A DNA stretch of 64,000 nucleotides. Source: a virus. Taxonomy: Duplodnaviria > Caudoviricetes. The position numbers and the translations under genes are program-made. Below, in pieces: positions 11,076 through 19,500 of this stretch. Numbering within the stretch: the stretch's first letter is position 1; the number at the start of each line of letters is the position of its first letter. The notes beneath the pieces are model-generated. The model ran no database searches. It was given only the letters and a program-made list of their open reading frames with translations, and was not told where the DNA came from. The stretch lies in IMG/VR virus record IMGVR_UViG_3300024493_000235, positions 128,001 through 192,000 of that record; one strand, written 5' to 3'.

Positions 11076-11936
11076 TCAGTATCGAAGGACATCTTCGACA
11101 GACGATTTTTTTTGCGGTATTTTCGCTCTGTGAGAAAGAGTTCCCATTGTAATACTCCTTCCTATATCTTGAAATTTCAATGCTGTAAATGTTGATATAA
11201 CATGTGGAAGATCCAAAGCTTTCATGAATTTTAAGTTTGCAAGATCGGCCATCTGATCCCCTGTAGAAAGTCTGTTTAAATAATGTCTGTATGGAACCAT
11301 AAGATCTTTAACATACCGAGATTGGGCTGCTATCATTATTTCTAGTACAGCGGCATTTGTGCTAAAGTTTACACCATTTATTTGTGCGCTGCCAAATACA
11401 AGATCCGCAATTTCTGTGTATTTAACAATTGGAGGAAGGAAAGATTTCATGACAATATTCATAAATTTTCCTGCAACATCGGATTGTTTTGGTATTGTGA
11501 CATTCTTTATAAAAATATCACCTTTTTTATATCCAAGTACATAACACTGATGCTCTTCTTCTCCGGATAAACTCATATTACGCTTGAATATATCAGATGG
11601 GATTGTGACCAATGTGGACGGATACATGTACCTAGTTGTATAGTTACTTGGTGTATTATCCGGCCTATCGGGAATTGTATCCCAAATCTTTAGTTGAAAT
11701 ATTCCATATGTATATATTTCTCTTCCGTTTATTGCCATATTTTTTCTTGTAAGGCTTTCTGATGGAATATAAATTTCCATATATTCACCTATGAAAATCA
11801 CTTGACTTTCTTTATTTTTTTGAAAGTACATATGTATCGGCAATTTTGTTTTGACATTCTTTTTGTTGGATAAAATTCTATCAGCAAGTCCACCTTCCAT
11901 TGATATAACATAATCTGCAACGGACATTTCTTCCAT
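11076..11936 (-). CDS. Hypothetical protein, probably virion (286 aa)
   Basis: AAGGAG RBS, AACA-N6-TA at 11953-11964, N-terminal SME (S-x-E) motif. Confidence 0.85.
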   Translation of the reverse strand: MEEMSVADYVISMEGGLADRILSNKKNVKTKLPIHMYFQKNKESQVIFIGEYMEIYIPSESLTRKNMAINGREIYTYGIFQLKIWDTIPDRPDNTPSNYTTRYMYPSTLVTIPSDIFKRNMSLSGEEEHQCYVLGYKKGDIFIKNVTIPKQSDVAGKFMNIVMKSFLPPIVKYTEIADLVFGSAQINGVNFSTNAAVLEIMIAAQSRYVKDLMVPYRHYLNRLSTGDQMADLANLKFMKALDLPHVISTFTALKFQDIGRSITMGTLSHRAKIPQKKSSVEDVLRY

Positions 11937-11965
11937 TTTGAAACTCCTTAATTACATAGTTGTTG

Positions 11966-12176
11966 AAAATAAAAATAGCGTACCCTATAAAGGGTACGCC
12001 ATAGTGGAAAATCCTCAAGTGACGCTCTATTGATCTCGTAACACGAAACCGCTTAACCTACCTTGTTTGAAAAAGAAACCGTGTTTGGGACAATGTTTCT
12101 ATAAACCGAAAGGAGATAGGTTAAAAGCTACACTTGATTACGCGGCACAGCCTATATGATTAGACCAAAACCCATT
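11966..12176 (-). ncRNA. Candidate ~200-nt structured non-coding RNA
   Basis: AACA-N6-TA at 12187-12176. Nested stems: UCAAGUG/CACUUGA, UUAACCUA/UAGGUUAA, AGAAAC/GUUUCU, GGUUUCGU/ACGAGAUC. Ends in terminator GCGUACCCU-UUAU-AGGGUACGC plus U-tract. No RBS-led ORF. Confidence 0.6.
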
Positions 12177-12264
12177 ATCGTATTGTTAAATTATTATTGC
12201 AAAAGAAGTGAAATAAAGTATTATACAATTATATATCATTTATGTAGGAAGGAGATATACGCGT

Positions 12265-13011
12265 ATGATATTAACTTTACTTGTGTCTTTTGTTCAATCA
12301 TTCGTGGACTTGGAAGAAGATCGATGGTTGGACGGAATCGCAGCAGAAAATGCGAAGCGGAAAATTAAGGGAGAAAAACCTGCTGTTAAAGAGCAGCATC
12401 CTAACGTAGAGAGGAGACAGCAACAACCTGATTCCTCCTATCGCACGCCGAATCAAGTTAGTTCTGAAATTCCTATTCCGGGAGCTGGGAATTTCATAAC
12501 GTTCTGCAGCGATCACTGGCTTGCTAAAATGAACCCCAATCATTTTAACGAGCTGCGCACGATGTTTAAGGAACAGTTCCTTAAGCACGTGAACGAAAAG
12601 TATTTAAGCACTCTTTTTAACCGTGTAAAACACGCCATTGAGTGCACACTGGCAACACAGTTAGAATTTAAATTGGGGGACAACGTGTTCACGACAGTTA
12701 CAAGCTTCAAGGCGTTACAAACAATGCTTGAAGAAGCTGACAGGGACGCCCGCCTGTGGAATGGAAAGAAAGAATTGGCGCAAAACGACACCCTTATGAA
12801 TGTCATCGTTTGGACTGTCGTTGACCTCGAGTTCGCCAAACATTTAGGCGGAAAAAATCTGTCGAAACACGACCTTACAGAAAATGACAAAAACATCGTA
12901 TTCCCGACGATGATTCTTGCGGACTGCTATAACACGGCGTTAGCCCTGTTGGATTGCGCTCCTGTCGTTTTCAAAGTTCCAGAAAATCCGTCAACCCCAG
13001 CGGGTACTTAG
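12265..13011 (+). CDS. Hypothetical protein (248 aa)
   Basis: AAGGAG RBS, TATATATCAT at 12230-12239, terminator at 13019-13057. Confidence 0.8.
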   Translation: MILTLLVSFVQSFVDLEEDRWLDGIAAENAKRKIKGEKPAVKEQHPNVERRQQQPDSSYRTPNQVSSEIPIPGAGNFITFCSDHWLAKMNPNHFNELRTMFKEQFLKHVNEKYLSTLFNRVKHAIECTLATQLEFKLGDNVFTTVTSFKALQTMLEEADRDARLWNGKKELAQNDTLMNVIVWTVVDLEFAKHLGGKNLSKHDLTENDKNIVFPTMILADCYNTALALLDCAPVVFKVPENPSTPAGT

Positions 13012-13018
13012 GACGGGT

Positions 13019-13057
13019 TAACGCAAGGGGTTCTTCCACCCTTGCGTTATTTTTTTT
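13019..13057 (+). terminator. Intrinsic terminator
   Basis: TAACGCAAGGG...CCCTTGCGTTA plus T8. Confidence 0.85.
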
Positions 13058-13224
13058 GATGAAAACATTTATATAAGAGAAGATGGATTTTTATGAAAAA
13101 AGTCGTTTTAGTCCTCATTATGGGGAGTGGCTAGGATATATACAATAATGCTTATTTTATTAGCAGAACTTGTGGTCTAAAACACCTAAAATCGCCTCTT
13201 AATCTATGTAAAAAGGATTCAAAA

Positions 13225-13521
13225 ATGATATCAATAATCATACTTGTCATATTATTCATCGTAGCCGAATATTTTCTCATATTATACAGCGCAAAGAAAA
13301 AAGGTTTTATTATTCGAAAAGAAACCTATCAAGTTCCAAGACAAGGATGTCCTTATATAGTCTATAAGATTGTCTACACAGTTAACGGAGTATTTAAAAA
13401 AGCATCATACTCCATCGAAGTATCCAAAAACGATTTTGATAAAGCAAAATATGGAGACATAATCACAATTACAACTGATAATAAAGGCAAACAAACTGTT
13501 GATATTATTTCTAGCACATAA
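13225..13521 (+). CDS. Small membrane protein with N-terminal TM helix (98 aa)
   Basis: AAGGA RBS, hydrophobic N-terminus, beta-rich C-terminal part. Confidence 0.75.
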   Translation: MISIIILVILFIVAEYFLILYSAKKKGFIIRKETYQVPRQGCPYIVYKIVYTVNGVFKKASYSIEVSKNDFDKAKYGDIITITTDNKGKQTVDIISST

Positions 13522-13556
13522 AAATAATGTAGGGGCATAATGCCCCTACATTATTT
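13522..13556. terminator. Bidirectional terminator
   Basis: AAATAATGTAGGGGCA-taa-TGCCCCTACATTATTT between convergent genes. Confidence 0.85.
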
Positions 13557-16500
13557 ATGTCTTCGAAGTGTGCATTGGAATATCCATATTCTTTTTGTTC
13601 ATAGATCCTCCTGTAATATTTTTTAATGTACTAGCAAATGCAGATTTTACAGGACTCCCTTTGCTGCCTCCTTGCGACCTATAATACTCTCTCATCGGAG
13701 CTTCTTCTGTAAACGTTTGAGTGTGGAATTCGAGTGTCTCGGAGAGAAGTTCTATGATGCGTATATTATCAGAATGAAGAACGTTAATCATCTTTTCAGA
13801 GTGTTCCATTAAACGCTTCAAATCCAAAGATTCTTCTATCTTGCTATTCTGATCTTTCATGTAGTTAACGGATGTCGGAGTATTGGCTTCGATTAATTTC
13901 GGATTATACGAATCCGCACCGTTTTGCATACCGGATTGAGCTGTTACGCTTTGTGGTATTGCAGGACGAGATATTTGCGAAGAAGGCATTTCGAAGTGAG
14001 GTCTATCTTTGAAATTTCCATCCCAATATCCACCCCACTCTATTCCATACTTCTTTGCAATAGATCCTAATTTGTCGTAATAGTCATTCGGTTTTCCATA
14101 ATCTTCAGCATCGAATGCGTATCCGCTAAAGTGTTTTGAACCGATGGTTTGCGTATTTGGTTGATTATAGCTCCACGCTTTATTTCCTAATCCCGCTTTT
14201 TGGAACATACGATCCATGAAGTTGGTATCTCTTGATCTTCCTTGAGCGAAATACGCAAGTTGTGTTAACGGAGATCGTCTTGCTTCTCTGATGCGCAGCC
14301 CACCAATTGCTTTAACGCCAGGATCATCTTGTAGGGCTTTCACCTTCTGTTTAAAGATAGGATTTAGCGTTTCAATGTCTTTGTTTTGGCCCATTGAAGT
14401 TGGGTCTTTAACTTTATCTGCTAATTTTTCATAAAATTGGGTATCTCCTGCGCGGAGTCTATCAGTAAGGTATGCATTTAGACCCTTTGTTGCGTTTGAC
14501 CAAAAATATCCTGAAGCTTGTTGAGAAGTTTGAATGTTTTCTAACTCGCTCGGATTAAATGTGCCTGTGTATGCTGCAGGGGTTCCTCCACCATCACCTG
14601 TCGTTGTTGAAGTATCTTCGTCTTGGCGGCCCAATATTGAGAATGCGTTACTGCGTATCGAATTGATAATGTCGGCGAAGGGATTCGCATCAGCCATTCG
14701 ATTTTGCATCTGTCTTAAACGTCGACTTTTTTTGTCTTTCGGATTATACGAATCCGCACCGTTTTGCATACCGGATTGAACACCGGGTACAGATTTATTC
14801 TTTACGCATTCTGTCACAAAATCACGTACAGTCATCGCTTTGTTACCGACAGTGCGATAAATATTGGATGAGCCTGGCCTTGTTTTTGGGTCTATGGGAT
14901 ATGCTTCAAATGCCGCTTTTGCTTGATCTTCGATTGACATAGCTTGTTTTGCAGCATCACCTACGTCTTTTCCCAAACCAACTGTGGCTTGAACTGCCCC
15001 GGCAACCGGATGTGCAGAAAGAGCGAGCTCTGCACCGGAAACATTTTTAGCATTATCCTGTATTGTTGAGTTATAACCTTCATTAAAATCGGTGTTTTCA
15101 GAATGCCACCAATTGGAAAGTTTGTTGAGTTTATCTTTACCCCAGTTCATTACATTACCCGGAATTGACGTTACAAAATCAGCAACCTTTCCTGGCAATT
15201 CGGTTACAAATGAAGTTATTTTATGCCAAAGACCGCTTATAAAATCACCGACTGCAGATATCGCATTTTTCACTCCATCTATAGCCGTATTAAATCCTGC
15301 GACTATTTTATCTTTAATTTTTTCTGCGGTATCTTTTACATCGGCCCACATGTCACCACTTGTAACGTAATCTTTTAAATTTCCAAGCTTACCTGTAATG
15401 GAATAAAACGAGTCAACTGCTTTTTCGGCGAATTTTTTTCGTGCTTCTTTAAAATCTGCCATCCGGTTTTTCATTTTAGCTAAACGTTTTCCCCACCACT
15501 TGGAAAGAGATACTTTCTCTTTTTTATCCAATTTGGCTTCATGCGCTTTTATATCTTCCAGTGACATATTTTCCGCACTCTCTGGGATATTAACTCCTGG
15601 AATCATTCCAGCGGCAATGTTTTGCATTTGTTTATCCACAGCGGAGGTACGAAGCATAGTTCCAAATCCTAACATCGCAAGATGCTTCTTTGCTTCCGGA
15701 GAGAAATCTTTTATTTTACCAGATATGATATCTTGTGCTTCAGGAAGGATAACAACGCTAAACATTGTATCGCCTTGAGCTGCTTTTCTTTCGATAACGG
15801 AGATATCGATATACCTTCCAACGTCATCGTAATTATGTTTACCCAATGCATCGCTATGGTATCCACCTATTACACCCGTCTTAGCCACTTCATCAAGCAT
15901 TTCTTTTGAGTTAGCTCCAGTCTCCGCAATTTTATTTGCGATGGCTCTTCTCATATTGGCTTGACCTTGAGACACCATATTCGTTTCGTATGTTTTCCTG
16001 TCTTCTTTAAAACGAGCATAGGTTTCAAGATCCATTCCAAGCAGTTTAGCTTCACGCTGTTCACGTCGTTTCTTTCCACCCGGAAGAGCATCAAAAAACC
16101 TGGTTCCAACTGTCCTGTTATCAACTTCTGCCAAAGCTTCAGGAGTAAACGTATCGTATCCCATAGACTTCATGCCTTCGGTATACGCATTGCGTTTTTG
16201 TTCCAGCTCTGACATTTTAGATCGTGCTTCTTTTCCACCGACAATTTCATATACAGTACGAGCTAACCATGCCGGAGGAATTAATCCGAAAACTAATCCT
16301 GAAAGAGCGCTTGCGATACCCGATGCTACTTTCATTCCTGTTGTCGGCTGCTCTCCTGGAGGCATCTTAAAAAAATTTCCGGTATTATTAAAGCCTACAA
16401 CGAAGTCCGCAACGGCGAATGCCACTAAAGCTATTCCACCAGTTGCAGCTCCAAGAACAGCACCTAGTGCTCCTTTTGCAGCGCCTTTTCCTGCATTCTT

Positions 16501-19500
16501 ACCGGCTTCTTTTACTACACCAGATACTATTCTCTTTGCAGCCTCATTTGAAATATATTTGGCTATTTTTGGATTTGACAATACTTTCCAGATAGTCTGT
16601 TCAAGTTTAACAAGCATTCCAGCAATCTTAGGCGCTTTTGTAGCAAGTTTACTTCCTTCTCCTGCAACCCTTGCAAGAGCTAAAGCCGCTTTACTTCCAC
16701 CTTGTGCAACACCCTTTGCAACCACTGGTATTTTTGTAGCAACTCCTGCAACGTTTTTAGCATCTTTCATCGCTTGTCCGCGTACAAGATAGCGGCCAGC
16801 TTTAAAGTTATCCATACTTTGTTGCTCTAAGCTTTTCTTTGTTCCATCGGCATTCAGTTCAGAGCTATCAAATGAATCGAGACCTGTAAGCTCTCCTATC
16901 GCTCCCATTGTGCCTCTTTCTTGTTTAGCTTGAGCCATTGCGGCTCTCTTTTGTTTGCCTTTATCCCATGCTTGTTTTAGCATCATAGCTGAAGCAACAG
17001 CTCCAAGAGTGACACCAGCTATTTTTCCGAATTTTCCAAGTTTGCTTACTTTCGTTGCAGCTTGTCCTAACTTTCCGCCTTTTGCAGCGAGCTGTGCAAG
17101 TTTTCCACCTTTAGCGGCAGTACTGGCAACGCGGGCAGCTTTTGTAGCTTTATTAATACTTGAAATTCTTTTAGACGAGCGAATAAATTCTTTAAAGAAC
17201 CCTTTACCAGATTTAGCACCCTTAACACCAGCGCTAACGTTTCTTCCCAGCTTCGAGTAACGAACTGCCGATTTTAATCCTTGAAAGAATCCTTTAAGTC
17301 CTCCGGATTTTGTTATAAACTTTCCACCGGGTCCACGAATACGAGTGCCTTTACCGAATAACGTTTTAAAGAGACCAGCTTTCTTTCCTCCGGCAGTTAC
17401 AAGAGCTGCCGTAGAACCAACTTCAATAGCTCTATCGATCCATTTGCCTTTTCCTTGTTTCTCTTCGAGATCGATTTCTTTCTTTTGAAGTTTCACAAGC
17501 TGTTTCATATCCTCTTTAATTTCTTCGAGCTGACCAGTTTGTGTTGTAGTCTCTGTAAGCATGGGCTCCGATGTTTTTGCAACAACGTTATTCGCTTTTT
17601 CAGCTATCTCACGTTGTTTATCCGCAATCGAATCTTCGAGACTTCCTTCTTCATAACCGGTTTTTATATCGATATGATCGTCAACTTTCTTTGCTTCTGC
17701 TTCGTCTGGTTTCGGGAATTTCTTTTCAAGGAAAGATACTTCCTGAACTTGTAATGGCTTATCTTGAGCAACTTTTCCGCCAAGCAATCCGGCAACTGCT
17801 GTTATTTGTGTACGTATTTCTTTTGTATCATCAGCCATCTCTTCTTGCTTTTTGTCTCTCTCAAGCTGTTGCTCTTTATGCGCTTTTTCCGCTTTTCGTA
17901 ACAAATCATCACGTTCGCGTTGTGCAAGTTCTCTAGTTGTTAAACCGGCTTTCAGTTGATCGTCTGATAATTTATATTTTTCAGCTTCGGCTCTGTATTT
18001 CTCATCGCCTGTCTCCTGATATAACTTATCAAACTTCTGGAACTTTTTATTGATTTTTTCGTTTGCTTTTTTGATCTTTCGTTTTTCTTTAAACTCTTTT
18101 GTTTCTTCGGCATATGACATACCTTTGACTTTTTCTTCCAAAGATTTTAATTCGTCCCGTTGTCCTTTGAATCCGAGAGAGTTTAATTTTTTATCAGTAA
18201 GACTGCTTGCATATTCGTCAAGCTTCGCGTTCTGTTCGTTATGGCGTTTCTTTTCAGAGTCTAAATTTGCTTCTAGCTCTCCTACTTTCTCATCGTATTC
18301 TTCTATGGAGAGTTTTCCTTGAGCTACAAGCTGTTGTAATTTTCGCTTTTCACGATTTACACCGAAATTGACAGTCCCGCCAATTATGCCTGTTGCAACT
18401 CCTGTAAGTTTACTCGCAAGGCCGAATGCTCCACCTAATAAACCGCCTTTCCCGGCTTTAATACCACTTCGCTTACTCAGCCAATCAAGTGCTCCAGATA
18501 GTTTTTCCTTAACGCCTTTTCCAACACGTCCGAGTGTATTCTTTACATCGCGAACTAACCATTTCATGCGGGTAGCCAGTGACTTTCCGATGAATTTAAA
18601 AGGAATGCCTATTTTTTCCATAAACTGATGCCGGAAATCTTCAAAAAATCTCATAGCTGGAGATGCTAATTTATATAACAAACCCCATCTCTTTCCGTCT
18701 TTCTTTCCGAGCATAAAATCTTGGACATTTTTAACAAGTTCCTTAGTCACCCAAAGAGCTCGTCTTACAACACCCATTTTAGCAGTTTTAGGATCTTCAT
18801 ATTGTCCGAATAATGCTATATTTAATTTTTCTCCAAGAAGACCAAATGTTGTTCGTAGCATTCCTAAGGGGCTTAATTTTCCCGACTTAAGTTCGTTAAT
18901 AGCTTTTTTTGCTCCTTCACTATTAACTCCGTATTTTTGAGCGCTATGGGCTAAACCTAATGCAACAGAATTTCCAACCAGTTGAGCGGACTCTTTCGCT
19001 TTTCCGGTTAATGTTTCTCCTGTTTCAGATAATTTTAATTTTACAAGAGTTTCAAGTTGTGTTCTTCCTTCTTTTGTTTTAGCAAGTTCAATTACAGATT
19101 TTGCATCTCCTGTCAATTTAACAGCTTGAACAAACACTGGAGATTTCTGAAATTCACTGACGGCATCTTTTGCCTGTTGTATCGGAAGTTTTGATTCTAA
19201 AACCGTTTTTACTGGAGTAAGCTTTGTTTGAGTATATTCTTTTACACGATCTTTTAAAACTTGTATACCGCCAGGCTGTAAAGCTGTTCTGTAGACTTCT
19301 TTAGCATCGCCCATAAGTTCAACAGCTTTAGCATATGTGACAGTAGTTTTAAATTTATCAAATTCTTCGTCAATCTTTTTTTGGATTGCGGCTTTCCCTT
19401 TTCCAAATGTAACACTTGCGGCATCCTTTGTCATACCAAAAGCTGCTTTTCCTGCGGCAATAAGACCTTTTTCTTTTCGTACATCGTTTAACGTTTTTAA

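Noticed and set aside
13897-14779. Diversity-generating retroelement TR/VR pair
   Set aside because: The copies are identical with no adenine-specific mismatches, only 43 bp long, and no RT is present.
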